DNA from: Malacoraja senta | Lineage: Eukaryota | Assembly (NCBI GenBank): GCA_038087875.1 | Contig: CM075991.1 | Location: forward strand, 4,960,001 to 5,024,000 | Length of the DNA: 64,000 nt | Direction: 5' to 3' | Part shown: positions 25,161 through 37,193 of the stretch, piece by piece | Numbering within the stretch: position 1 is the first letter of the stretch | How the letters are laid out: every line of letters begins with the position of its first letter | Made by a program: the position numbers and the translations under genes | Notes under the pieces: model-generated | Seen by the model: only the letters and a program-made list of their open reading frames with translations | Databases searched by the model: none | Told to the model about the DNA's origin: nothing

Positions 25161-28100
25161 AATAGTAAGATTAAACGAGAACTTACCAGTTTGAAGTTTG
25201 GTCTTTATTTTATGAGGAGTTACGTTGGTGATTACGTGAAGAAGACCAGTCAGGGCGCATGCGCGTCAATCTTCAAAGGAGCGGTATGAAATCACAGACA
25301 ACACCATCATTGAAGTAACATATTAAGATGATCAACATGAGAACTACCATTATGACCTTTTTTCTACGAGAGAGGGTTGGGCGTGGCGGGCACGTAATCA
25401 CCAACGTAACTCCTCATAAAATAAAGATCAAACTTCAAACTGGTAAGTTCTCGTTTAATCTTACTATTTTACTTCGGAGTCACGTGAGTGACTACGTGAA
25501 GATTTTAAAGCTCTGTGATTTTAATGCCGCAGATCAAAATCCCGGCTTCTCACTGCATTGATTGACTGAGTATCATCAATAATGCTGTAAACATGACATT
25601 GCATATCATGCAAAAACAAAACAGTTCTATATTTGGTCATAAAACAACCAATAAACCCTCTTAATTTACGGCAACAAACGAAACAGAATTAAACAGTATT
25701 GAAAACAGACTTTAAACATTAGCAACAGCACTCAATATTGAGGTGGCAAACAGCCCTCCATCGGCAATTGGCCGATGGTAGTATTGCTGAAACACAAGTT
25801 CATTTTTCCAACCTGCGGCTTTTAATATATGGTCGATGGGAACGTCCATCGCCCTGGCCGCGGATGTTGCTACTGCGCTAGTGGAATGAGATGTAAACAC
25901 ATAAATGTTAATACCTGGCTGAACCAACTCTTGCTTTAACCACCTTGAGATAGTTTGAACTGCCACTCTTTTATGTTGGCTTCTTGTAACTGACAAATGA
26001 TCCTGTTTCTTCTTGTCTTAAAGCCCTTGTGGCTTCAATGTAATGTAAGAAATGTGTCCTTACACATAAACATGGAGCTGTAGGTTTTGTTCAGAACTCT
26101 ATCTCAAACCCTGTCACACCTGGCCTGCTTTGTTCGAGCAGGTGATAAATATAAAACATAACATTTTCTGTGGACACTTTCATTCTATCTAACTGAAGTG
26201 TTTGGAAAGTCTGCACTCTCTGTGCTTACACCAATGCCATTAGCATAGCCAATTTCATGGTTAATTTTAACAAAGTTATAGACGTGACAGGGCCCGAATG
26301 ACAAAGCATGTTAAGAATAATGCTTACATCCCAGATTACCATATACCTAGGCTTAGGCGGTTTGGAATTAAAAATTCCTTCCATCAACCTAGATATGAGA
26401 GGGTGAGAACCTATACTTTGTGTCCATGTACCTATTACAAGCTTTGCCGACAAAGCACTTCTAGCTGTATTGATAACACTATAGCTAAAACCCTCATCAT
26501 AATAAAGTGTAGATAAACTCTAACACATTTTTAATAACTACAGTATCATATTGAATAGTCTTTTGAACACAATATTGTTCCCATATTTTTTTTTCATATA
26601 CTGCTATTGAGTACTCTTTCTCCAGGCTGCAGTGAGTATATCCACCGTTGGCCTAGAAAGTCCTCGACCAATGTAAGGCATTCTTACAAACCTGCAAATT
26701 AAGAGATCAATACGATCACATAACGGATGAACTTAACGCGTTACTGTATGCTCCAGCACATTCCTACTGTTTGGAACCAGCAAAAGGAGGTTGGATCGCT
26801 ATCTGTAACCTGAAAAGGAACCATGGTTGAATCGGGCAATTTCGTATCACCAAAACCCCTGAAGCGTCATCTTGCTTGATTTTCTCAAACACCGACCTAT
26901 GAGGCAGAATGGTGGGAAAATGTACACAAACATATCATCCCACTTTAGTGAAAAAGCATCAATTGCCACTGCCCCTGGATCTGGTTCCCATGAAACATAT
27001 TTTGGCCTTCCATATAGAAGTACTATGTTCTTGAACACATCCTGGTTCAACATCCACTCTGTATTATCACGTAATTTTCGTGACCTGCCATCTGGTACTA
27101 CATTAAGTTTCCCTGGCAGATTGATAGCTCCAATCCAAATATCTCTATCCATACTCCAGGTCCAATTCTATTTGCCAACCTGTCACATGATAACGATTTG
27201 ATTCCACCCATGTGATTCATATAAGCAACTGCTGTAGTGTTGTGTATTTTGCACTGCACATGCAAACTAGTTTTGTTAGTGCCCTAAGCCTTGAGTCCAT
27301 AAAATACTCTTGGTTAATTCCCCATGTTTGCAGAAGCAACGTCCATCTGTCTCCACAGCTGGATCTTGTATCAGTAGCACCCTACCCAAGTGCTCTGACA
27401 TCGGTCTGCAAAATCATGGAATCTTGGTCCAATAACACTTTGGAACTACTAGTGGACACATGCTGAATCCACCATTGTACATCAGCAACAGCCTCTATTG
27501 ATAGAAGCATAGGTCTATTATAATGACCCTAATGTATCATCAGTGCTTGTTCCTTTGACCTTTCTAATTGTAGATAATAAAGTTGGCCATATTGAACTGT
27601 GGAAATGCTGCAGCAATTTCCCCAGCAGACTCGTCACCTGGCTAATTGAAGGCTGTGTGTGAGCAATTAGCTTGATACAGCTCTTAATTAGCTCTACCTT
27701 TTTTTGCCTGGGCAAGGTCACAATCGTGTTGATTAAGTCTATTGTAAACCTAACTAGTCAATTTGTGCCACAGGCATAAATTTAGATTTCTCTGGATAGC
27801 TTATGAAGCCTAATTTAAGAAAAAAATGGTTTTTACCAACTGCCACTGATGCTTCAGCTGTTTCCTTTGATTGTCCTACAATCAAGATATTATCTAGTTA
27901 CGCCATGAGCTCATGCCCTTGACTTCTCATCATGCCTAGAATAGGTTTTAACATCTTTGTAATCCCTCTAGGAGCTGAAGACAAACAATTAGGCAGTGCA
28001 TTGTATTGCCATAATTGCCCCATCCAGCTGAATTTTAAATCTTCTATCCTGCAAATGAACAGACACTGAATAATCCCTGCTTGGTCTGGGAAAGATATTG

Positions 28101-29660
28101 GACACAAACTGATGGCTTTGGGAAACTGCCTTAGCAATTACACCTTTATTACATAAGCTTGCAAGTTCCAACTGAACTTTCAATTGTTCAGTGATAGTGA
28201 AGTCAAACTCCTTTTTGGAACATGTTGCATGGGTAAATCAGAATTTGCATTAAGCTTTATTTGATATCCTTCAATAACCTTCAGTATAAAGATATCTGAC
28301 GTATCACATTAGATTTGTCTACATGAGAACCAGACCCACTAACCTCCTTACCACCTGGCATTCTCCCCCGGCCTCGAGCTGGATATCTCACCTTCCCTGG
28401 CGGTGCTACAGCCAAACGCTTTGGTGAATATGTGATTGCCGTCTTAGCCTCCTCCTCCAGCTCTTTCACCTGCTGTGCGAAATCCTCGCCAAACAGCTGT
28501 GCCGGTTGCACTGTGCCAGGCTGGCAGAGTGAAGCATATTTAGAATTGATGGTTGGTCTAATCGCAGTCTTGCGGAGGCAGTTGATCTCAAAGTGGGCAC
28601 TCCACAATAGCGCCTTTTGTTGTAATTTGTCATGGCCTCTCCATCCACCATCCTGGCAACGCTCGTTATACCAGATGCCAGCAACTTTAAAAATATGCTG
28701 GAGCTTCACATGCTCCTGGGCTCTCATTAGTATGCCCATCTTGCCCCAATTCTTCCTGTTCCCAACAGGAACTTTTAACAGGCCACAGTTGATTGGGGCT
28801 TCATGCTTCCTTACTGTTTCATCCATTGTCAGCTCCTGTAGCTGATGTGAGACTTGGTAATTTATGCTGGTGGCAAGTTCCTCACCTAGAGGCTCACCAG
28901 CGTCCGACGACATGGCAAACCGTGCTGCACACGGTGTCAGCTCTGGCAGCTGCCTGCCCTCCCTTTGGAAGTCGTCGGACTCAGGGTCAGAGCGTATCTG
29001 CCCTTCTGCACTCACCTCTTGCAAAGAGGGTGCTTTCAAGCAGGCCTCTACTAGGCACTGCCGGCGGAGCCTTCCCGACGGCCACCCGCCTGCACAACTC
29101 CTCCTGGAGTGTGGCTTTGTGAAGCAGGCCTCTCCAAGGCACTGCCAGCGGAGCCTTCCCTAAGGCTTCCCGTCTGCACAACTCCTCCTGGAGTGTGGCT
29201 TTGTGAAGCAGGCCTCTCCAACGCACTGCCAGCGGAGCCTTCCCTAAAGCTTCCCGCCTGCACAATTCCTCCTGGAGTGTGGCTTTGTGAAGCAGAACCT
29301 CGGCTAGGCACTGCCAGCGGAGCCGTCCCCACGGCCTCCCGCCTGCACAACTCCTCCTGGAGTGTCTCTGTGGAGCAGCCCCTGTATGAGCTGCTCCTTT
29401 TGGATAACCGCTGGGTCACGGTATCCTGTCCCCGACGAGACTCTCCTGGCCCGACTCTGCCGAGTCAATGCCCCTGACAGACTTAGCTTATGCCGACCGC
29501 CCGACTGGCGTTGGCTGTGTACCCGGCTGGGCACTTTCCGAAGTCTGTCGCCGCACCGCTACCGGCTTGCGACCCCCCAGAGGTGACAGGCTGCCATTCA
29601 GAGGCTGCGCTTCCGCAGCTCTCTGTCTCCTTGTCCGCAGCAGACCTGCACCTTGATGAT
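25161..29660 (-). mobile_element. Near-complete degraded DIRS1-like tyrosine-recombinase retrotransposon
   Basis: Order on the minus strand: gag-like (28281-29039), RT (ALPNCLSSAPR), RNaseH/methyltransferase-like (LPGKLNV, WEPDPGAVAIDAF), tyrosine recombinase (PPKPRY, SHSTS...AAGWK..VFQQYY), then a terminal inverted repeat. Confidence 0.88.
29038..29365 (-). repeat. 84-bp tandem repeat, about 4 copies, in the DIRS ORF1 region
   Basis: Period 84 (29041, 29125, 29209, 29293). Confidence 0.92.
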
Positions 29661-30810
29661 TTTTTTCCTTGTTCCTGCATTGTAGGGAAAAAACACAGCA
29701 ACAATTTCTCTACTTTTCTAACTCCTCCAAAGTCTCCCCGACAATACAGATTGTGCTTGACTGCATCTTGTGCTACGAAGAGAAGATGCATGAGAAGAAG
29801 AAACAGATGAAAGAGCCCTAGTGAGGTGGTGCACCAAGGGGAGGTCGAAAGTAAGGGGAAAACGTACAATTAATGCCTTTACGCTAAACACCATTGATGT
29901 ACAGATGGATCTTGCTGTTCAAGCCCATAACACCCTGAAAGTGGCAACGTGAGTAGATAGAGGGGTACAAAAGAGGCAAATGGTATGCCTGCCTTTATTG
30001 GTCGGGCATTGAGTACATGAGCCTGGAAATTATGGTGCTACTTCGTAGATCTTTGTTAAGGCCGCACTTGGAGTATAGTGTGCATTCTGGCCGCCCTCTT
30101 ATGGAAAGTAGGTGAAGGGGGAAGAGGAAGCTTATCAGAATGATGCTTGTGTTATGGAGTAGTTGGACAGGCTTAGTTTGGTTTCTATGGATGGTCTCAG
30201 GTTAAGGGGAGATTTTCTCGCCTTGATTTGGATGAGAAATTTCAGTCTAACTTGAAACCAGGTCGGGATCTCCCCACACTCAATATTCATCCCAGAGTCA
30301 ATTGTGACGGCCTAGCAGGAAGCTTAGTTACAAGGCACAGTCAGGTGCAACTTTCTTCTCTACTGTCTGCTCCATCCCATTGTTGGCCACCTTGAAAACC
30401 GAAGCGCCTTCCTGTGCTGGTGGGGTAGCTACATGCCTTGAGGCTAACATGATTAGGCTCTGAAGATGTTTAGGTAAAATTCTGACAACTCTGGCAGAGA
30501 AGCGACACCGATGCTCGCCACTGTAAGCCTCCTTTTGAAACACGGTCGGTGGCTCGGCTGAGCAAATAAGTCGCCAATGCGGGTTGTCTGGAAAGATGCT
30601 ACGTGCAGGTAACTGTGCAGGGTCTGAAGGTGAGAGATGCCACATATAGCAGCCGGTGACCTGTCCCCGCAATAGGATATTCCAAACCACTCTGTGTGAC
30701 GGTCAGACCACTTACAGCCTTTACGATTTTAAGTTTAAATTTCTAGCATCTGCAACTTCCTATTTCCAATGATATGATTGCACAATCCTTTGTGATATGA
30801 TTGCAGACAG

Positions 30811-31128
30811 AGCTAAAGATAGGTTCACCGAGTAATGAGCTTAGTTTGTAATGTGCTGGACGACTGGAGGTTTATTACCGTGGGACTTGGGGTACGGTTT
30901 GTGATGACTCCTGGCATCAGATTAACGCAAACGTGAGCTGCAAGCAACTGGGTTGCGGATACGCTTTGAAGGATAAAGGGGCTGCTACCTATGGGCGAAG
31001 TCATGGCCCGATCTGGTTGGACGAAGTAAGATGCTCGGGTAACGAATCATATCTCTGGGACTGTCCCTCCACACCGTGGGGTGAACACGACTGCGGGCAC
31101 AAAGAGGACGTGACACTGATGTGTTCTG
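30811..31128 (+). pseudogene. Group-B SRCR domain exon with a damaged 5' end (CD163/WC1-like gene)
   Basis: [21 protein letters not shown]...[20 protein letters not shown]...[14 protein letters not shown]|gtaagc, 8 Cys. In-frame TAA at 30849-30851 immediately before Cys1; no LRLV motif. Confidence 0.8.
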
Positions 31129-32429
31129 GTAAGCGTACTTCCAATGTGCTCAACTTCTGCAGCGTGAGAATGGATTCTTGGCTCTTTAGTGGTTATATGA
31201 AAGTTAGAGCATGTGAGGAGAGCATTGACCCCGGATGATCTATGTAAAGTTTTCAGTTTACATGACCTTTCACTCACTCAATAACATCAAACTCATTCCA
31301 CGTATGTTGCTGTCCTTTCCCCCTTCACTAAATATCTTAGTTCATGGTATCGTCTCGATTCTTGAAGGTTTCCAATGAAACAAACGATTGCGCTGAAGGC
31401 TAACTCTGATATGTTATGGTATGGTATGGTACTTTGTTTGTCACGTGTACCGAGGTACAGTGAAATTATTTGTTTTGAATACAGTTCAATACAAGTATCA
31501 CTACTCAAACACTTAGATACATCTTAGATAAGCATCTCAGATAGAGTTCAAATATATAGCAGTAGTGCACTGAGGCAGTATACAGCGTCGCCTGTTTGGC
31601 GCCATTTCAAGTCCCTGTTGTTGCAAGTGCAGGATCTTCATCTGATCATGAAGGGCAATGGGCCTGGCAGCGTTGCAGAGTCGGCCTGGCCAAGCGTAGC
31701 CTTCCTACATATATAAACTACAGTTTAAGGGTCCAGCAAACCAGAACATATTTTCTTTCATATCCGTCCAATACCCGCGTCTCTGTAAAAAATACTACCT
31801 GCTCAAGTTGAAATGTTTCTCTTTTGGGTGTCCAGATTGTGTTAAACTGTTCTTTTAGTGATCGTGTTTGAAAGCTGTAATTTCGAACATGCAAAGTCCA
31901 ACGGGTTGACCCCAGATAGTCTGCAAAACAATCACCTCATATAGTGGTCATCACTTTGGGGACAACGCCTTCAAGGCACCGAAGAAGAGTTGGAGACTGG
32001 GCGCCATTGGTGGCCTTGGATTATGGAAAGAGGATAGATGAAATACATTGTGCAGCCTCTCTTACCAGTGCATCAGAAAGCGTCATCATGTTGTATTTGG
32101 GTGTTGTATTTGGGACCTGAAGAAAGAACCAGGGAGTCATGAGGGAGCACTCCCCTCGCGATGCTGAAATGTGGCATTATCCACCTGAACCGTTATAGAG
32201 CTCTTCATTGTTTGTTTCCATCCATTTACTTATGGTACCTCTGTTCTTACTTCCTACCATAGACACAGAGAGAACAACCATTTCCACTATAGACTCATGG
32301 TCAGATAAATGCTCCCCTCTGCACCACTTTCAGCAATTGGTGGAATAGCTCACTTCGCGATTCCATGGTTCTCTCCTCCACCCGCATCTACCACTCCCTA
32401 CTGAGTGTTTCCAACATTTCCTGTTTTTA

Positions 32430-32965
32430 ATTCATAAGATCATAAGGTCATAAGATCATAAGGAATATGAGTAGTATTGGGCCATTCGGCCCATCATGGC
32501 TGACCTATCTCTCCCTCCGAACCCCATTCAACTGCCTCCTCCCCATAACCTCTGACACCTGTATTAATCAAGGGTCTACCTATCTCTGCCTTAAAAATAT
32601 CCACTGATTTGACCTCTACAGCCTTCTGTGACAAAGAATTCCACAGATTCACCACCCTCCGATTAACTAAATTTCTCCTCATCTCCTTCCTAAAAGAACG
32701 TTCTTTAAATCTATGCCTATGACCTCTAGTTCTAGACTCTCCCACTAATGGAAACATCCTCCCCGCATCCACTCTATCCAAGCCTTTCACTATTCTGTGT
32801 GTTTCAATGAGGTCCCCCCTCTTTCTGCTCAACGCCAACGAGTACACGCTCAGTGCCGCCAAACGCTCATCATAGGCTAACCTACTCATTCCTGGGACCA
32901 TTTTTGTAAACCTCCTCTGGACACTCTCTAAAGCCAGCACTTCCTTCCTCAGATATGGTGCCTAA
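32430..32965 (-). mobile_element. CR1 LINE 3' end
   Basis: LALESVQRRFTKMVPG...RGDLIET...SRTRGH...RVVNLWNSL. Confidence 0.9.
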
Positions 32966-33049
32966 ATTTTCAGATGAAAAGCACGCACCTCTTTGTGCTT
33001 TATAAGAGCAAAATCATAGCTTGAGGCGGTATGATGTAAACGTGATGAT

Positions 33050-35858
33050 CTATAGAAACATAGAAACATAGAAACATAGAAAGTAGGTGCGAGAGTAGAC
33101 CACCAGGCCCATCGAGCCCGCACCGCCATTCGCTCATGGCTGAACACTAAACAGACACCCTTACCCACAAACAGTAGACACAAGACACAGAACACAAGAC
33201 ACTACCCTCCCCTTTATATCGCTATCACCCCTCTCCACCCCAAGAACCGCGTGATCTCCTGGGGGAGGCAAAAAAACGGATAAAAACCCAGGTCCAATTC
33301 GGGAAAAAAATCCGGGAAATTCCTCTCCGACCCCAATCCAGGCGATCGACACTTGTCCAGGAGATCACTCAGGTCTTACTATACTAACCATACCTAGGTC
33401 CATATCCCTGCCCTCTCCCCGTAGCCCCTTATCCCCTTGGCAGCTAAAAAACCATCTATTTTAGATTTAAATATATTTAATGTTTCTGCTTCCACTGCTC
33501 CCTGGGGCAGTGAATTCCATAAATTAACCACCCTCTGGGTGAAGAAATTCTTCCTCATCTCAGTTTTAAAAGAGCCCCCTCTTATTCTACAACTATGTCC
33601 CCTAGTTCTAGTTTCCCCGATCATTGGGAACATCCTCGGTGCATCCACCCGATCAAGGCCCCTCACGATCTTATATTTCAATGAGATCGCCTCTCATTCT
33701 TCTAAACTCCAAAGTGTAGAGTTCCAGCCTACTTAACCTTTCCTCATATGTCAATCCCCTCATTGCAGGAATTAATCTTGTAAACCTTCGCTGCACTGCC
33801 TCTAGGGCCAGTACATCCTTTCTTAAGTATGGACCCCAGAACTGTACACAGTGTTCCAAATGTGGTCTCACTAATACTGTGTACAGCTGCAGCAAGACCT
33901 CCGTGTTTTTATACTCAATCCCCCTAGCAATAAAGGCCAAAACTCCATTGGCCTTCCTGATTGCTTGCTGCACCTGCATACTAACTTTTAGTGATTCATG
34001 TACTACTACCCCTAGATCCCTTTGCGTTGCATTACAACGCAGCTCCACCTCATTTAGAAAATAACTTGCCCTATCATTTTTTTTCCCAAAGTGAATGACT
34101 TCACATTTATTAGTATTAAATTTCATCTGCCAAGTTGTTGCCCACTCACCTAGCTTATCTATATCCTTTTGCAGACTCTGCCTATCCTCCTCATCCCCTA
34201 CTTTTCCTCCCATTTTTGTATCGTCCGCAAATTTTGATATATTACACTTGGTTCCCTCCTCCAAATCATTTATATAAATTGTGAACAACTGGGGTCCCAG
34301 CACCGACCCTTGCGGAACCCCGCTAGTTACCGGTTGCCATCCCGAGTATGAACCATTTATCCCCACTCTCTGCTTCCTATTTGTTAGCCAATCCTCTACC
34401 CATGCTAATATATTACCCCCAATCCCATAATTTGCCTTCAGCCGAATACTATCCTTTATAGTTTTACTGAGCCATGGCTGACTGTTCTTTCCCTTACCCC
34501 TTTTTTTCTTCATAGGAATAAATTTTTCTTGAAGGTTATACAGTAGATCCTTAAACGTACACCACTGCTCATGTACCGTCTTATTCTTGAGTCTGCTATC
34601 CCAGTCAACTTTGATCAGCTCAGTCCTCATACCTTCATAATCCCCTTTATTTAGACTAAGTACCCTAGCCTGAGTTTCAACCTGCTCTCCTTCTATTTGA
34701 ATATGGAATTCGACCATATTGTGGTCACTTGTTCCCAACGAGTCCCTAACTATGACATTTTTAATTAATCCTGCTTCATTACACAGGACCAGATCCAAGA
34801 TTGCCTCCTTCCTTGTCGGTTCTGTGACATACTGTTCTAGGAACCCGTCTCTAATACATTCTATAAACTCTTCCTCTAGTCTACCCTGCCCAGTTTGGTT
34901 TGCCCAATTAATATGAAAATTGAAGTCCCCCATGATTACAGCAGTTCCCTTTTTACATGCGTCAACTATTTGCAGATTTATGTTCTGACTAACAGCGTCA
35001 CAGCTATTTGGAGGTCTATAAATTACACCCACTAGTGTTTTTTCCCCTTGTTATTCTCTATCTGTACCCAAGCTGTTTCACTATCCTGATCCTTCAACGC
35101 AATATCCTTCCTCTCTATTGCCGTTATTCCCTCCCTTATTAAAAGGGCCACCCCTCCTCCCTTTCTCTCCTGTCTATCTTTTCTAATTGTCGAGTACCCC
35201 TCTATATTTAACTCCCAATCCTGATCCCCTTGCAGCCATGTCTCCGTAATGGCCACGATATCATAACTATATGTACTTAATTGCACCGTTAATTCATTTA
35301 TCTTATTTCGAATACTCCGTGCATTTAGATACAGCACTTTCAGATGATTTTTACTACCCTTCCTTTCTGTTTTTGCCCCTTTTACATCTAGAGCTTTATC
35401 TTCACACATTCTGGATCCTCCTGTCACATTTTGATTTTCCGTTTCCCCACTGATACCCTGCTCTATTTCCTCTACCCCTGCCGTTATTACCCCCCTTGAT
35501 ACCTCCCCCCGCTACTTAGTTTAAAGACCTCTCTACTGCCCTAGTTATATGATTTGCCAGGACCCCAGTCCCAGCACCGTTCAGGTGAAGTCCGTCCTTA
35601 CAGAACAGATCCCCCCTGTCCCAGTACTGGTGCCAGTGGCCCAAGAAACCAAACCCATTTTTCCCACACCAGTCTTTGAGCCACGCATTCAGCTTTTTAA
35701 TTTTTCGTACCCTCGCCGATTTGGCCCGTGGCTCAGGTAGCAATCCGGAGATCAGTACCCTCGAGGTTCTGCTTTTTAATTTATTCCCTAACTGCTCAAA
35801 CTCGTTCAGCAGATCCTCCTTCCTCGTCCTTCCTATGTCATTGGTCCCCATATGCCGA
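33050..35858 (-). mobile_element. Relatively young, 5'-truncated CR1 LINE with an internal deletion
   Basis: ORF1 esterase (GTNDIG...DGLHLN), endonuclease (YLNARS, ITETWL, MGDFN, SDHN), RT (GVPQGSVLGP, KFADD); (CATAGAAA)n tail on the plus strand at 33050-33080. Confidence 0.95.
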
Positions 35859-35873
35859 CTGCTTCGTTCACAG

Positions 35874-36191
35874 AGCACAAGGATATGCGCCTGGTGAACG
35901 GAAAGCGTCGATGTGAAGGCAGGGTGGAGGTGCTGTACAATGGGACCTGGGGAACAGTGTGCTCCGAGAAAATGGACGAGAAAGATGCCGAAGTCATCTG
36001 TAAGCAAATGGAATGTGGAACCCTGGAAAATATTTATCATGGCGCATGGAAATTTGGAGAGGGTTCAGGGCCCATCTGGCTGGTTGAGATGGAATGCTCT
36101 TCGCATGAGTCCATCCTTTGGCAGTGTCAGTCAGACTCTTTGGGAAAACACAACTGCAATCACGGGGAGGACGCAGGTGTAGCATGTCAAG
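35874..36191 (+). CDS. Group-B SRCR domain exon, CD163/WC1-like receptor
   Basis: cag|EHKDMRLVNGKRRCEGRVEVLYNGTWGTVC...HNCNHGEDAGVACQ|gtaaca; 8 Cys; phase 1-1. Confidence 0.92.
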
Positions 36192-36707
36192 GTAACACAA
36201 TAAAGCCATCATATGGCGGCTGTCATTTTTAATGTTATTGTGTGGCTAAATGTCAGTTTATTTCTCTGGTCAACAGAAGCCCATATATCAAGGATACTGT
36301 GCGTGGTGGCCTGCGATGGAGAAAATGAGGACCATCCTCGCCGATTAACGGGTGATTCTGCCCTCAAATTGCACCATCGGTTTAATTTAGTTTAGTTTAG
36401 AGATACAACGCGGAAACAGACCCTTCGGCCCACCGAGTCCGTCGACCCGTATGCCAACATTATCCTACACACTAGGGACAATTTACATTTTTTACCGATG
36501 CCAATTCACCTACAAACCCGTACGACTTCAGAATGGGAGTAAACCGGAGCATCCCAGGAAGAACGTACAAACTCCGTTCAGCGACCACCCTTAGTCAGGA
36601 TCGAACATGGGACTCTGGCGCGGTAAGGCAGCAAATCTGCCGCCATGTATGAGAACATATTAGCATTTAATGAGTAATACTGCCTATTTTTATTTGACTA
36701 CACTTAG

Positions 36708-37019
36708 AACTACCACTGCGCCTTATTGGCGGCAGCAACAATTATTCCGGATGGGTGGCGATATTGTTCAACAACAGTTGGGGCACGGTGTGTGATGACT
36801 CCTGGGATCTCGCTGATGCTAATGTCGTCTGTCGGCAATTGCACTATGGCTCTGCTCGCTGGGCTCCGGTAGCGGCGACCATTGCCCCTGCCTCTGGTGA
36901 TATCTGGCTGGATGAAGTCAAATGCACTGGCGGTGAAACCTTCCTGTCCAGCTGCCGATCGGCACCGCTGGGCGAACACGACTGTGATCACAAGGAAGAT
37001 GTCTTTGTTGATTGTACCG
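36708..37019 (+). CDS. Membrane-proximal SRCR domain exon (6 Cys)
   Basis: tag|[45 protein letters not shown]...DIWLDEVKC...HDCDHKEDVFVDCT|gtaaga; phase 1-1. Confidence 0.9.
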
Positions 37020-37157
37020 GTAAGAGTCATTGCGCAGATTTGACCCTTCCTTTAAATGAACTGTTAATTTTGTCGTGAAAAAAAAAAGTTATTATATTTA
37101 AAAATGAAAACCGAAATAAATGAAGTCCATGAAATATTTATGCAATTATATCTACAG

Positions 37158-37193
37158 GTCCCATTTTGACTCCCACAGGATCCACAATCTCAG
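37158..37193 (+). CDS. Pro/Ser/Thr-rich linker micro-exon of the SRCR receptor
   Basis: ctacag|GPILTPTGSTIS|gtatga; 36 bp, phase 1-1. Confidence 0.65.
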
